NCBI RefSeq assembly: GCF_988243305.1
Contig: NZ_OZ547136.1
Length of the DNA stretch: 64,000 bases
Strand: one strand, 5' to 3'
Shown here: positions 29,646 to 40,380 of the stretch, piece by piece
Layout of the letters: every line of letters starts with the position of its first letter
Position numbering within the stretch: position 1 is the first letter of the stretch
Made by a program: the position numbers and the translations under genes
Notes under the pieces: generated by a model
What the model saw: the letters and a program-made list of their open reading frames with translations, nothing else
The model's database searches: none
Told to the model about the DNA's origin: nothing

Positions 29646-30301
29646 ACTGACGTCCAGCCTTTTGGCGCTTCCAGCACAACTTCCGTTCCCGGCGTGGAGC
29701 GGGAAACCGAACGCAGCGAACTGGATAACCAGCTAAACAGTTCACGGAATTGTAATCCCTGCAGTGGCAAAGGCTGACGAACGCTGATTTGTGCCAAAGT
29801 CTTCATATCCGCCCCCTGAACACCGATGGAAAAGAAGGCAAACTTCTTATCTTCTTCCCCCTGAAACACTTTGTTGGCGGCAGCCTGCCACTCATCGGTT
29901 GGAGCGCCATCGGTGATCAGGAAAATCCACGGGCGATAATAGGAAATACCATTGGCGCGATACTCACGTTTGCGCTCCTCAACCATATCCAGGGCTTTGG
30001 TAATGGCGGCCCCCATTGGTGTATCGCCCTGGGCAAACAGGATGGGCGGGAAAAAATTAGCGGCGCTGGTAAAGGGTTGTTCCACATGCACCGGGCCGAA
30101 CGTCACAATACCGAGTTCCACTCTTTTTAAGGCCAGCGGATCGGCAAGCAGTTCATCGCGAAAGGTAACCAATCCGGCGTTAAGTTCATTAATAGGTCTA
30201 CCACTCATCGAACCAGAAACATCCAACAGCAAAATGCAGGGGCAACGTGGTTCCGGGTTACTGGCAAAATCGCTGGTGGCAAACGTGATTTGTTCGCTCA
30301 T
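29642..30301 (-). CDS. yegL: von Willebrand factor A (vWA) domain protein YegL, TerY-like
   Basis: 219-aa ORF with a MIDAS motif DVSGSMSG (res 27-34) and conserved v[11 protein letters not shown]. Confidence 0.85.
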   Translation of the reverse strand: MSEQITFATSDFASNPEPRCPCILLLDVSGSMSGRPINELNAGLVTFRDELLADPLALKRVELGIVTFGPVHVEQPFTSAANFFPPILFAQGDTPMGAAITKALDMVEERKREYRANGISYYRPWIFLITDGAPTDEWQAAANKVFQGEEDKKFAFFSIGVQGADMKTLAQISVRQPLPLQGLQFRELFSWLSSSLRSVSRSTPGTEVVLEAPKGWTSV

Positions 30302-30480
30302 AAGAAATCCTTTCTTAGAGAATTATTGAGGTCCGGTATCATACCGATTGCAATAATGAAATAAGAGCAAACGAAGAAACTTTCAGAATTAGGCCCGGCG
30401 GCGCAGAAAATTTTGCTATTCGCCTCGCAAGAACGGAGAGCCGTCGATTGACACTAAGGGCGGAGTGACATAATTTCAGG

Positions 30481-30628
30481 AGTGAGGGTTAGGGAGAGGT
30501 TTCTCCCTCCCCCTGGTGTTCTTAGTAAGCCTGGAAGCTAATCACTAAGAGTATCTCCAGTATGATGACGTGCTTCATCATAACCCTTTCCTTATTAAAA
30601 GCCCTCTTCTCCGGGAGAGGGTTTCCCG
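30481..30628 (+). ncRNA. sibA: Sib-family antisense sRNA (antitoxin), copy 1; boundaries approximate
   Basis: Plus-strand region fully antisense to the ibs ORF, preceded by a CATAAT -10-like hexamer (30469-30474) and ending at a GC-rich hairpin plus T-rich tract (gccctcttctccgggagagggtttcccgttt, ~30601-30628). Confidence 0.5.
30522..30581 (-). CDS. ibsA: Ibs-family type I toxin peptide, copy 1 (19 aa: MMKHVIILEILLVISFQAY)
   Basis: Minus-strand ATGATGAAG...TAA ORF read by hand; matches the Ibs hydrophobic peptide pattern MMK-h(15)-AY. Confidence 0.6.
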   Translation of the reverse strand: MMKHVIILEILLVISFQAY

Positions 30629-30815
30629 TTTCAGCGTCCCGCTGAAATCGTCGGCTTACCTCCTTTCGCCCTGAATGCAGTCTATCGCTAACGCGTGAAC
30701 AAAATAGTTTCCTCTGTGATTATTGCGTAACGACTCGCAAAGAATATTTGCTGGCAGGATCGCAGACTGAAAAGCCTGCAGATTGACAATCTTATCGTGA
30801 AGGCATAATTTCAGG

Positions 30816-30958
30816 AGTGAGGGTAGAGCGGGGTTTCCCCCGCCCTGGTAGTCTTAGTAAGCCGGGAAGCTTATGACTAAGAGCACCACGATGATGATCC
30901 ACTTCATCATGACCCTTTCCTTATTTAAGGCCCCTTCCTCGGGAGGGGCTTTCCCGTT
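30816..30958 (+). ncRNA. Sib-family antisense sRNA, copy 2; boundaries approximate
   Basis: Same arrangement as copy 1: CATAAT at 30804-30809, hairpin ggccccttcctcgggaggggcttt followed by a T-rich tract ending ~30958. Confidence 0.5.
30854..30910 (-). CDS. Ibs-family type I toxin peptide, copy 2 (18 aa: MMKWIIIVVLLVISFPAY)
   Basis: Minus-strand ORF read by hand inside repeat unit 2. Confidence 0.6.
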   Translation of the reverse strand: MMKWIIIVVLLVISFPAY

Positions 30959-31143
30959 TCAGCGTCCCGCTGAAATCGTCGGCTTACCTCCTTTCGCCCT
31001 GAATGCAGTCTATCGCTAACGCGTGAACAAAATAGTTTCCTCTGTGATTATTGCGTAACGACTCGCAAAGAATATTTGCTGGCAGGATCGCAGACTGCAA
31101 AGCCTGCAGATTGACAATCTTATCGTGAAGGCATAATTTCAGG

Positions 31144-31284
31144 AGTGAGGGTAGAGCGGGGTTTCCCCCGCCCTGGTAGTCTTAGTATGCTGGGTAGCTA
31201 ATCACTAAGAGCACCACGATGATGAGTAGCTTCATCATGACCCTTTCCTTATTTATGGCCCCTTCCTCGGGAGGGGCTTTCCCG
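31144..31284 (+). ncRNA. sibB: Sib-family antisense sRNA, copy 3; boundaries approximate
   Basis: Same arrangement: CATAAT at 31132-31137, hairpin and T-tract ending ~31284. Confidence 0.5.
31182..31238 (-). CDS. ibsB: Ibs-family type I toxin peptide, copy 3 (18 aa: MMKLLIIVVLLVISYPAY)
   Basis: Minus-strand ORF read by hand inside repeat unit 3; closest to IbsB as I recall it. Confidence 0.6.
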   Translation of the reverse strand: MMKLLIIVVLLVISYPAY

Positions 31285-31445
31285 TTTCAGCGTCCCGCTG
31301 AAATCATCGGCTTACCTCCTTTCGCCATGCACGTAGTCTATCGCTAACGCGTAGATAAAATAGTTTCATGTATTATTACTGGATGCGTGCTCGCAAATGT
31401 GCCCGCCATTCAGACGATTCCCGATAGTGTTTCATAATTCCTCCA

Positions 31446-31463
31446 TTTTTCTCCCTTATTGGC
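31446..31463 (+). promoter_or_regulatory. Candidate BaeR-binding box upstream of mdtA
   Basis: TTTTTCTCCCTTATTGGC read at 31446-31463 matches the reported BaeR box consensus TTTTTCTCCATDATTGGC at 16 of 18 positions; about 55 nt upstream of the mdtA ATG. Confidence 0.6.
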
Positions 31464-31516
31464 TGGCTACACTAGTATCATTCCGCGAAACGTTTCAGGA
31501 AGAGAAACTCTTAACG

Positions 31517-32764
31517 ATGAAAGGCAGTTATAAATCCCGTTGGGTAATCGTAATCGTGGTGGTTATCGCCGCCATCGCCGCATTCTGGTTCTGGCAAGGC
31601 CGCAATGACTCCCGGAGTGCAGCCCCAGGGGCGACGAAACAAGCGCAGCAATCGCCAGCGGGTGGTCGCCGTGGTATGCGTTCCGGCCCATTAGCCCCGG
31701 TTCAGGCGGCGACCGCCGTAGAACAGGCAGTTCCGCGTTACCTCACCGGGCTTGGCACCATTACCGCCGCTAATACTGTTACGGTGCGCAGCCGCGTGGA
31801 CGGTCAACTGATGGCGTTACATTTCCAGGAAGGCCAGCAGGTCAAAGCAGGCGATTTACTGGCAGAAATTGACCCAAGCCAGTTCAAAGTTGCATTAGCA
31901 CAAGCCCAGGGCCAACTGGCAAAAGATAAAGCCACGCTTGCCAACGCCCGCCGTGACCTGGCGCGTTATCAGCAACTGGCAAAAACCAATCTCGTATCTC
32001 GTCAGGAACTGGATGCCCAACAAGCGCTGGTCAGTGAAACCGAAGGCACCATTAAGGCTGATGAAGCAAGCGTCGCCAGCGCGCAGCTGCAACTCGACTG
32101 GAGCCGCATCACCGCACCAGTCGATGGTCGCGTTGGTCTCAAGCAGGTTGATGTTGGTAACCAAATCTCCAGTGGTGATACCACCGGGATTGTGGTGATC
32201 ACCCAGACGCATCCTATCGATTTGCTCTTTACCCTGCCGGAAAGCGATATCGCTACCGTAGTACAGGCGCAAAAAGCCGGAAAACCGCTGGTTGTTGAAG
32301 CCTGGGATCGCACCAACTCGAAGAAATTAAGTGAAGGCACGCTGTTAAGTCTCGATAACCAAATCGATGCCACTACCGGTACGATTAAAGTGAAAGCACG
32401 CTTTAATAATCAGGATGATGCGCTGTTTCCCAATCAGTTTGTTAACGCGCGTATGTTAGTCGACACCGAACAAAACGCCGTGGTGATCCCCACCGCCGCT
32501 CTGCAAATGGGCAACGAAGGCCATTTTGTCTGGGTGCTGAATAGCGAAAACAAGGTCAGCAAACATCTGGTGACGCCGGGCATTCAGGACAGTCAGAAAG
32601 TGGTGATCCGCGCAGGTATTTCTGCGGGCGACCGCGTAGTGACGGATGGCATTGATCGCCTGACCGAAGGGGCGAAAGTGGAAGTGGTGGAAGCCCAGAG
32701 CGCCACCACTTCGGAAGAGAAAGCCACCAGCCGCGAATACGCGAAAAAAGGAGCACGCTCCTGA
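31517..32764 (+). CDS. mdtA: Multidrug efflux RND membrane fusion (periplasmic adaptor) protein MdtA
   Basis: ORF track gives 455 aa; I start at [26 protein letters not shown] (415 aa, ATG 31517), preceded by an RBS. Confidence 0.9.
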   Translation: MKGSYKSRWVIVIVVVIAAIAAFWFWQGRNDSRSAAPGATKQAQQSPAGGRRGMRSGPLAPVQAATAVEQAVPRYLTGLGTITAANTVTVRSRVDGQLMALHFQEGQQVKAGDLLAEIDPSQFKVALAQAQGQLAKDKATLANARRDLARYQQLAKTNLVSRQELDAQQALVSETEGTIKADEASVASAQLQLDWSRITAPVDGRVGLKQVDVGNQISSGDTTGIVVITQTHPIDLLFTLPESDIATVVQAQKAGKPLVVEAWDRTNSKKLSEGTLLSLDNQIDATTGTIKVKARFNNQDDALFPNQFVNARMLVDTEQNAVVIPTAALQMGNEGHFVWVLNSENKVSKHLVTPGIQDSQKVVIRAGISAGDRVVTDGIDRLTEGAKVEVVEAQSATTSEEKATSREYAKKGARS

Positions 32765-35700
32765 TGCAGGTGTTACCCCCGAGCAGCACAGGCGGCCCGT
32801 CGCGCCTGTTTATTATGCGTCCTGTCGCCACCACGCTGCTGATGGTGGCGATCTTACTCGCCGGGATTATCGGTTATCGAGCACTGCCCGTTTCGGCGCT
32901 ACCGGAAGTGGACTATCCGACCATTCAGGTAGTCACGCTCTACCCAGGTGCGAGCCCGGATGTCATGACCTCTGCCGTTACCGCGCCGCTTGAACGCCAG
33001 TTTGGGCAGATGTCTGGCCTGAAACAGATGTCGTCGCAAAGTTCCGGCGGTGCGTCAGTTATCACCTTACAGTTCCAGCTAACATTACCGCTCGATGTCG
33101 CCGAGCAGGAAGTGCAGGCCGCGATTAACGCTGCGACCAACTTGTTGCCGAGCGATCTGCCTAACCCGCCGGTTTACAGCAAAGTGAACCCGGCAGATCC
33201 ACCAATCATGACGCTCGCCGTCACCTCAACCGCCATGCCAATGACGCAAGTGGAAGATATGGTGGAAACCCGCGTCGCGCAGAAAATCTCGCAGATTTCC
33301 GGCGTCGGCCTGGTGACACTTTCCGGCGGTCAGCGTCCGGCTGTTCGCGTCAAACTTAACGCTCAGGCGATTGCCGCCCTCGGCCTGACCAGCGAAACCG
33401 TGCGCACCGCCATTACCGGCGCTAACGTCAACTCGGCAAAAGGTAGCCTCGACGGCCCTTCTCGTGCGGTTACGCTTTCCGCGAACGACCAGATGCAATC
33501 CGCCGAAGAGTATCGCCAGCTAATCATCGCCTACCAGAACGGCGCACCGATTCGTCTGGGCGATGTCGCAACCGTAGAGCAAGGTGCAGAAAACAGCTGG
33601 CTTGGCGCATGGGCTAACAAAGAACAGGCCATTGTGATGAATGTTCAGCGCCAGCCCGGTGCTAACATTATCTCCACCGCCGACAGCATCCGGCAGATGC
33701 TGCCACAACTCACCGAGAGTTTGCCGAAATCGGTAAAAGTGACGGTACTTTCTGACCGTACCACCAATATTCGCGCATCCGTCGATGATACTCAGTTTGA
33801 ATTGATGATGGCTATCGCGCTGGTAGTCATGATTATCTACCTGTTTTTGCGTAATATTCCGGCGACTATCATTCCCGGCGTCGCAGTGCCGCTGTCGTTA
33901 ATCGGCACCTTCGCGGTCATGGTGTTTCTCGATTTTTCAATCAATAACCTGACGCTGATGGCGTTAACTATCGCCACCGGATTTGTGGTCGATGACGCCA
34001 TCGTGGTGATCGAAAACATTTCCCGCTATATCGAAAAAGGCGAAAAACCGTTGGCGGCGGCGCTCAAAGGCGCGGGTGAAATCGGCTTTACCATTATCTC
34101 GCTGACCTTCTCACTGATTGCAGTGTTGATCCCACTGCTATTTATGGGCGATATCGTCGGGCGACTGTTCCGCGAATTTGCTATTACTCTGGCAGTCGCG
34201 ATTTTGATCTCAGCCGTGGTGTCGCTGACTCTGACGCCGATGATGTGCGCGCGGATGCTCAGCCAGGAGTCGCTGCGTAAACAGAATCGCTTCTCCCGAG
34301 CCTCGGAGAAAATGTTCGACAGGATAATCGCCGCCTATGGTCGTGGACTGGCGAAAGTGCTGAATCATCCGTGGCTGACCTTAAGCGTGGCACTCAGCAC
34401 GCTGCTGCTTAGTGTTCTCTTGTGGGTATTCATTCCGAAAGGTTTCTTCCCGGTACAGGACAACGGCATTATTCAGGGCACTTTGCAGGCACCGCAATCC
34501 AGCTCCTTTGCCAATATGGCCCAGCGGCAACGCCAGGTCGCGGATGTGATTTTGCAGGATCCGGCAGTGCAAAGCCTGACCTCATTTGTTGGCGTTGATG
34601 GCACTAACCCGTCGCTGAACAGTGCGCGTTTGCAGATCAACCTCAAACCACTGGATGAACGAGATGACCGGGTGCAAAAAGTCATCGCCCGTCTGCAAAC
34701 GGCGGTGGATAAAGTGCCGGGCGTCGATCTCTTCCTGCAACCAACGCAGGACCTGACCATCGATACTCAGGTCAGCCGCACCCAGTACCAGTTTACCTTG
34801 CAGGCCACGTCACTGGATGCGCTCAGTACCTGGGTGCCACAGTTGATGGAAAAACTCCAGCAGCTGCCACAGCTTTCTGATGTCTCCAGCGACTGGCAGG
34901 ACAAAGGGCTGGTGGCGTATGTCAATGTCGACAGGGACAGCGCCAGCCGTCTGGGGATCAGCATGGCGGATGTCGATAACGCCCTGTACAACGCGTTTGG
35001 TCAGCGACTGATTTCCACTATTTATACTCAGGCTAACCAGTATCGCGTGGTGCTGGAACACAACACCGAAAATACCCCAGGCCTCGCGGCGCTGGATACC
35101 ATTCGCCTGACCAGCAGCGACGGTGGCGTGGTGCCGTTAAGCTCAATTGCCAAAATTGAGCAGCGTTTTGCGCCGCTTTCCATCAACCATCTGGATCAGT
35201 TCCCGGTAACGACTATCTCCTTTAACGTGCCGGATAACTATTCGCTGGGCGATGCGGTGCAGGCGATTATGGACACAGAGAAGACGCTGAATCTGCCGGT
35301 GGATATCACCACGCAGTTCCAGGGCAGCACCCTCGCCTTCCAGTCGGCATTGGGCAGCACTGTCTGGCTGATTGTCGCGGCGGTGGTGGCGATGTATATC
35401 GTGCTCGGCATTCTGTACGAGAGCTTTATTCACCCGATCACCATTCTCTCGACGCTACCCACCGCAGGGGTCGGCGCACTGCTGGCGTTAATGATTGCCG
35501 GTAGCGAGCTGGATGTGATTGCGATTATCGGCATTATTTTGCTGATCGGTATCGTGAAGAAGAACGCCATCATGATGATCGACTTCGCGCTGGCTGCTGA
35601 GCGCGAGCAAGGCATGTCGCCGCGCGAGGCAATCTACCAGGCTTGTCTGTTGCGTTTTCGTCCGATCCTGATGACCACTCTGGCGGCTCTGCTTGGCGCA

Positions 35701-35886
35701 CTGCCGCTGATGTTGAGTACCGGGGTCGGCGCGGAACTGCGTCGTCCGTTAGGTATCGGCATGGTCGGCGGTCTGATTGTCAGCCAGGTGCTGACGCTGT
35801 TTACCACGCCTGTGATTTATTTGCTGTTCGACCGCCTGGCATTGTGGACCAAAAGCCGCTTTGCTCGTCATGAAGAGGAGGCGTAA
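32764..35886 (+). CDS. mdtB: RND multidrug efflux transporter permease MdtB
   Basis: 1040-aa ORF, 12-TM RND architecture with large periplasmic loops; start overlaps the mdtA stop (TGATG). Confidence 0.92.
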   Translation: MQVLPPSSTGGPSRLFIMRPVATTLLMVAILLAGIIGYRALPVSALPEVDYPTIQVVTLYPGASPDVMTSAVTAPLERQFGQMSGLKQMSSQSSGGASVITLQFQLTLPLDVAEQEVQAAINAATNLLPSDLPNPPVYSKVNPADPPIMTLAVTSTAMPMTQVEDMVETRVAQKISQISGVGLVTLSGGQRPAVRVKLNAQAIAALGLTSETVRTAITGANVNSAKGSLDGPSRAVTLSANDQMQSAEEYRQLIIAYQNGAPIRLGDVATVEQGAENSWLGAWANKEQAIVMNVQRQPGANIISTADSIRQMLPQLTESLPKSVKVTVLSDRTTNIRASVDDTQFELMMAIALVVMIIYLFLRNIPATIIPGVAVPLSLIGTFAVMVFLDFSINNLTLMALTIATGFVVDDAIVVIENISRYIEKGEKPLAAALKGAGEIGFTIISLTFSLIAVLIPLLFMGDIVGRLFREFAITLAVAILISAVVSLTLTPMMCARMLSQESLRKQNRFSRASEKMFDRIIAAYGRGLAKVLNHPWLTLSVALSTLLLSVLLWVFIPKGFFPVQDNGIIQGTLQAPQSSSFANMAQRQRQVADVILQDPAVQSLTSFVGVDGTNPSLNSARLQINLKPLDERDDRVQKVIARLQTAVDKVPGVDLFLQPTQDLTIDTQVSRTQYQFTLQATSLDALSTWVPQLMEKLQQLPQLSDVSSDWQDKGLVAYVNVDRDSASRLGISMADVDNALYNAFGQRLISTIYTQANQYRVVLEHNTENTPGLAALDTIRLTSSDGGVVPLSSIAKIEQRFAPLSINHLDQFPVTTISFNVPDNYSLGDAVQAIMDTEKTLNLPVDITTQFQGSTLAFQSALGSTVWLIVAAVVAMYIVLGILYESFIHPITILSTLPTAGVGALLALMIAGSELDVIAIIGIILLIGIVKKNAIMMIDFALAAEREQGMSPREAIYQACLLRFRPILMTTLAALLGALPLMLSTGVGAELRRPLGIGMVGGLIVSQVLTLFTTPVIYLLFDRLALWTKSRFARHEEEA

Positions 35887-38800
35887 GTGAAGTTTTTTGC
35901 CCTCTTCATTTACCGCCCGGTGGCGACGATTTTACTGTCGGTCGCCATTACCCTGTGCGGCATACTGGGCTTCCGTATGCTGCCGGTCGCCCCACTGCCG
36001 CAGGTCGATTTTCCGGTGATTATGGTCAGCGCCTCGCTGCCCGGTGCGTCACCAGAAACAATGGCGTCTTCCGTTGCCACGCCGCTGGAACGTTCGCTTG
36101 GGCGCATTGCCGGGGTCAGTGAAATGACCTCCAGCAGTTCGCTCGGCAGCACGCGCATTATTTTGCAGTTTGATTTTGACCGCGATATCAACGGCGCAGC
36201 GCGCGATGTGCAAGCGGCGATCAACGCCGCGCAAAGTTTGCTGCCCAGCGGGATGCCCAGCCGTCCGACCTATCGCAAAGCGAACCCGTCGGATGCGCCA
36301 ATTATGATCCTGACGCTAACATCCGATACTTATTCGCAAGGTGAACTGTACGATTTTGCCTCGACGCAGCTGGCTCCGACGATTTCGCAAATCGACGGTG
36401 TCGGTGATGTCGATGTTGGCGGCAGCTCGCTACCTGCGGTGCGCGTCGGGCTGAACCCGCAGGCGCTGTTTAATCAGGGCGTGTCGCTGGACGATGTGCG
36501 CACCGCCATCAGCAATGCCAACGTGCGTAAACCGCAGGGGGCGCTGGAAGATGATACTCACCGCTGGCAGATCCAGACTAACGATGAACTGAAAACCGCC
36601 GCTGAATATCAGCCGTTGATTATTCATTACAACAACGGCGGCGCGGTTCGTCTGGGCGATGTGGCGACGGTGACCGACTCTGTACAAGATGTACGTAACG
36701 CCGGGATGACCAACGCCAAACCGGCTATTTTGCTGATGATCCGCAAGCTGCCGGAAGCCAATATAATCCAGACGGTTGACAGCATCCGGGCAAAATTACC
36801 GGAGTTGCAGGAGACCATTCCGGCGGCGATTGATCTGCAAATTGCCCAGGATCGCTCCCCCACCATTCGCGCCTCGCTGGAAGAAGTCGAGCAAACGCTG
36901 ATTATCTCGGTGGCGCTGGTGATTCTGGTGGTGTTTTTATTCCTGCGCTCGGGTCGCGCCACTATTATTCCCGCCGTTGCGGTGCCGGTTTCGCTGATTG
37001 GTACGTTTGCGGCGATGTACCTGTGCGGATTCAGTCTCAATAACCTGTCGTTAATGGCGCTCACTATTGCTACTGGTTTCGTGGTGGATGACGCCATCGT
37101 GGTGCTGGAAAACATTGCCCGTCACCTGGAAGCGGGGATAAAACCACTACAGGCCGCACTGCAAGGTACTCGCGAAGTCGGTTTTACGGTGCTGTCGATG
37201 AGTCTTTCACTGGTGGCGGTGTTTCTGCCGCTGCTGTTGATGGGCGGATTGCCGGGCCGACTGTTACGCGAGTTTGCCGTGACGCTTTCTGTCGCCATTG
37301 GTATTTCGTTGCTGGTTTCCCTGACGCTAACGCCGATGATGTGTGGCTGGATGCTGAAAGCCAGCAAGCCGCGCGAGCAAAAGCGACTGCGTGGTTTTGG
37401 TCGCATGTTGGTAGCCCTGCAACAAGGCTATGGCAAGTCGCTGAAATGGGTGCTCAATCATACCCGTCTGGTGGGCGTGGTGCTGCTTGGCACCATTGCG
37501 CTGAATATCTGGTTATATATCTCGATCCCGAAAACCTTCTTCCCGGAGCAGGATACCGGCGTCCTGATGGGTGGGATACAGGCGGATCAGAGTATTTCGT
37601 TTCAGGCAATGCGCGGTAAGTTGCAGGATTTTATGAAAATTATCCGTGACGATCCGGCGGTGGATAATGTTACCGGCTTTACCGGCGGTTCGCGGGTGAA
37701 CAGCGGGATGATGTTTATCACGCTGAAGCCACGCGGCGAACGCAGCGAAACGGCGCAGCAAATTATCGACCGTCTGCGCGTGAAGCTGGCGAAAGAACCG
37801 GGGGCGAATCTGTTCCTGATGGCGGTACAGGATATTCGCGTTGGCGGACGTCAGTCGAACGCCAGCTACCAGTACACGTTGTTATCCGACGACCTGGCGG
37901 CACTGCGCGAATGGGAGCCGAAAATCCGCAAAAAACTGGCGACATTGCCGGAACTGGCGGACGTGAACTCCGACCAGCAGGATAACGGCGCGGAGATGAA
38001 TCTGGTTTACGACCGCGACACCATGGCACGGCTGGGAATCGACGTGCAAGCCGCCAACAGTCTGTTAAATAACGCCTTCGGTCAGCGGCAAATCTCGACC
38101 ATTTACCAGCCGATGAACCAGTATAAAGTGGTGATGGAAGTGGATCCGCGCTATACCCAGGACATCAGCGCGCTGGAAAAAATGTTCGTTATCAATAACG
38201 AAGGAAAAGCGATCCCGCTGTCGTATTTCGCTAAATGGCAACCGGCGAATGCTCCGCTGTCGGTGAATCATCAGGGATTATCGGCAGCCTCGACCATCTC
38301 GTTCAACCTGCCGACCGGGAAATCGCTCTCGGACGCCAGTGCAGCGATCGATCGCGCAATGACCCAGCTTGGTGTGCCTTCGACGGTGCGCGGTAGTTTT
38401 GCCGGCACGGCGCAGGTGTTCCAGGAGACGATGAACTCGCAGGTGATCCTGATTATCGCCGCCATCGCCACGGTGTATATCGTGCTGGGTATCCTTTACG
38501 AGAGTTACGTACATCCGCTGACGATTCTCTCCACCCTGCCCTCGGCGGGCGTTGGAGCGCTGCTGGCGCTGGAGCTGTTCAATGCCCCGTTCAGCCTAAT
38601 CGCCCTGATAGGGATCATGCTATTAATCGGCATCGTGAAGAAAAACGCCATTATGATGGTCGATTTTGCGCTTGAAGCCCAACGGCACGGTAACCTGACG
38701 CCGCAGGAAGCTATTTTCCAGGCCTGTCTGCTGCGTTTTCGCCCGATTATGATGACTACCCTGGCGGCGCTGTTTGGTGCGCTGCCGCTGGTATTGTCAG

Positions 38801-38964
38801 GCGGTGACGGCTCGGAGTTGCGGCAACCATTGGGGATCACCATTGTCGGCGGTCTGGTCATGAGCCAGCTTCTGACGCTGTATACCACGCCGGTGGTGTA
38901 TCTCTTTTTCGACCGTCTGCGGCTGCGTTTTTCGCGTAAACCTAAACAAACGGTAACCGAGTAA
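35887..38964 (+). CDS. mdtC: RND multidrug efflux transporter permease MdtC
   Basis: 1025-aa ORF paralogous to MdtB ([25 protein letters not shown]...). Confidence 0.92.
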   Translation: MKFFALFIYRPVATILLSVAITLCGILGFRMLPVAPLPQVDFPVIMVSASLPGASPETMASSVATPLERSLGRIAGVSEMTSSSSLGSTRIILQFDFDRDINGAARDVQAAINAAQSLLPSGMPSRPTYRKANPSDAPIMILTLTSDTYSQGELYDFASTQLAPTISQIDGVGDVDVGGSSLPAVRVGLNPQALFNQGVSLDDVRTAISNANVRKPQGALEDDTHRWQIQTNDELKTAAEYQPLIIHYNNGGAVRLGDVATVTDSVQDVRNAGMTNAKPAILLMIRKLPEANIIQTVDSIRAKLPELQETIPAAIDLQIAQDRSPTIRASLEEVEQTLIISVALVILVVFLFLRSGRATIIPAVAVPVSLIGTFAAMYLCGFSLNNLSLMALTIATGFVVDDAIVVLENIARHLEAGIKPLQAALQGTREVGFTVLSMSLSLVAVFLPLLLMGGLPGRLLREFAVTLSVAIGISLLVSLTLTPMMCGWMLKASKPREQKRLRGFGRMLVALQQGYGKSLKWVLNHTRLVGVVLLGTIALNIWLYISIPKTFFPEQDTGVLMGGIQADQSISFQAMRGKLQDFMKIIRDDPAVDNVTGFTGGSRVNSGMMFITLKPRGERSETAQQIIDRLRVKLAKEPGANLFLMAVQDIRVGGRQSNASYQYTLLSDDLAALREWEPKIRKKLATLPELADVNSDQQDNGAEMNLVYDRDTMARLGIDVQAANSLLNNAFGQRQISTIYQPMNQYKVVMEVDPRYTQDISALEKMFVINNEGKAIPLSYFAKWQPANAPLSVNHQGLSAASTISFNLPTGKSLSDASAAIDRAMTQLGVPSTVRGSFAGTAQVFQETMNSQVILIIAAIATVYIVLGILYESYVHPLTILSTLPSAGVGALLALELFNAPFSLIALIGIMLLIGIVKKNAIMMVDFALEAQRHGNLTPQEAIFQACLLRFRPIMMTTLAALFGALPLVLSGGDGSELRQPLGITIVGGLVMSQLLTLYTTPVVYLFFDRLRLRFSRKPKQTVTE

Positions 38965-40380
38965 ATGACAGATCTTCCCGACAGCACCCGCTGGCAATTG
39001 TGGATTGTGGCTTTCGGCTTCTTTATGCAGTCGCTGGACACCACCATCGTTAACACCGCGCTTCCCTCAATGGCGCAAAGTCTCGGGGAAAGTCCGTTGC
39101 ATATGCACATGGTCATTGTCTCTTATGTACTGACCGTGGCGGTGATGCTGCCCGCCAGCGGCTGGCTGGCGGACAAAGTCGGCGTGCGCAATATTTTCTT
39201 TACCGCCATCGTGCTGTTTACTCTCGGTTCACTGTTTTGCGCGCTTTCCGGCACGCTGAACGAACTGTTGCTGGCACGCGCGTTACAGGGCGTTGGCGGT
39301 GCGATGATGGTGCCGGTCGGCAGGTTGACGGTGATGAAAATCGTACCGCGCGAGCAATATATGGCGGCGATGACCTTTGTCACGTTACCCGGTCAGGTCG
39401 GGCCGCTGCTCGGTCCGGCGCTCGGCGGCCTGCTGGTGGAGTACGCCTCCTGGCACTGGATCTTTTTGATCAACATTCCGGTGGGGATTATCGGTGCGAT
39501 CGCCACACTGATGTTAATGCCGAACTACACCATGCAGACGCGGCGCTTTGATCTCTTCGGCTTTTTATTGCTGGCGGTTGGCATGGCGGTATTAACCCTG
39601 GCGCTGGACGGCAGTAAAGGTACAGGTTTATCGCCGCTGGCGATTGCTGGCCTGGTCGCAGTTGGCGTGGTAGCACTGGTGCTTTATCTGCTGCACGCCA
39701 GAAATAACAACCGCGCTCTTTTCAGTCTGAAACTGTTCCGTACTCGTACCTTTTCGCTGGGCCTGGCGGGGAGTTTTGCCGGACGTATCGGTAGCGGCAT
39801 GTTGCCCTTTATGACGCCGGTTTTCCTGCAAATTGGCCTTGGCTTCTCACCGTTTCATGCCGGACTGATGATGATCCCGATGGTGCTCGGCAGCATGGGG
39901 ATGAAGCGAATTGTGGTACAGGTGGTGAATCGCTTTGGTTATCGTCGGGTACTGGTGGCGACCACGCTGGGTCTGTCGCTGGTCACCCTGTTGTTTATGA
40001 CTACCGCCCTGCTGGGCTGGTACTACGTTTTGCCGTTCGTCCTGTTTTTACAAGGGATGGTCAACTCGACGCGTTTCTCCTCCATGAACACCCTGACGCT
40101 GAAAGATCTCCCGGACAATCTGGCGAGCAGCGGAAACAGCCTGCTGTCGATGATTATGCAATTGTCGATGAGTATCGGCGTCACCATCGCCGGGCTGTTG
40201 CTGGGACTTTTTGGTTCGCAGCATGTCAGCGTCGACAGCGGCACCACACAAACCGTCTTTATGTACACCTGGCTTAGCATGGCGTTTATCATTGCCCTTC
40301 CGGCGTTCATCTTTGCCAGAGTGCCGAACGATACGCATCAAAATGTAGCTATTTCGCGGCGAAAAAGGAGCGCGCAATGA
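38965..40380 (+). CDS. mdtD: MFS-family efflux transporter MdtD
   Basis: 471-aa hydrophobic ORF with MFS 14-TM features; immediately follows mdtC. Confidence 0.9.
   Translation: MTDLPDSTRWQLWIVAFGFFMQSLDTTIVNTALPSMAQSLGESPLHMHMVIVSYVLTVAVMLPASGWLADKVGVRNIFFTAIVLFTLGSLFCALSGTLNELLLARALQGVGGAMMVPVGRLTVMKIVPREQYMAAMTFVTLPGQVGPLLGPALGGLLVEYASWHWIFLINIPVGIIGAIATLMLMPNYTMQTRRFDLFGFLLLAVGMAVLTLALDGSKGTGLSPLAIAGLVAVGVVALVLYLLHARNNNRALFSLKLFRTRTFSLGLAGSFAGRIGSGMLPFMTPVFLQIGLGFSPFHAGLMMIPMVLGSMGMKRIVVQVVNRFGYRRVLVATTLGLSLVTLLFMTTALLGWYYVLPFVLFLQGMVNSTRFSSMNTLTLKDLPDNLASSGNSLLSMIMQLSMSIGVTIAGLLLGLFGSQHVSVDSGTTQTVFMYTWLSMAFIIALPAFIFARVPNDTHQNVAISRRKRSAQ

Larger units (their letters stand above)
30470..31400. 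repeat. Three tandem ~330-bp repeat units (starts at ~30470, 30805, 31133), each holding an ibs toxin ORF and an antisense Sib RNA
   Basis: ataatttcaggagtgaggg recurs with periods of 335 and 328 bp; long stretches between units 2 and 3 are near-identical (ctgaatgcagtctatcgctaacgcgtgaacaaaatagtttcctctgtgattattgcgtaacgactcgcaaagaatatttgctggcaggatcgcagactg...). Confidence 0.85.

Noticed and set aside
26211-30301. Whether the yegI-yegL locus sits on a horizontally acquired island (flanking repeats, integrase, tRNA).
   Set aside because: No integrase, tRNA or direct-repeat boundaries are visible; the flanking genes (yegD, the sib/ibs repeats, mdtA) are core-genome neighbours. Compositional analysis was not possible by eye.
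30470-31400. Whether the tandem repeats upstream of mdtA are a CRISPR array.
   Set aside because: Repeat units are ~330 bp, not 28-37 bp, have no short spacer structure, and each contains an Ibs-type peptide ORF with an antisense RNA. No cas genes nearby.
31397-31516. N-terminal extensions given by the ORF track for mdtA (455 aa), and likewise for wzc, wcaD, yegH, udk, yegP, yegR, gatY and fbaB.
   Set aside because: The extensions lack RBS support, overlap upstream genes or regulatory repeats, and do not match the conserved N-termini; internal starts were used instead.
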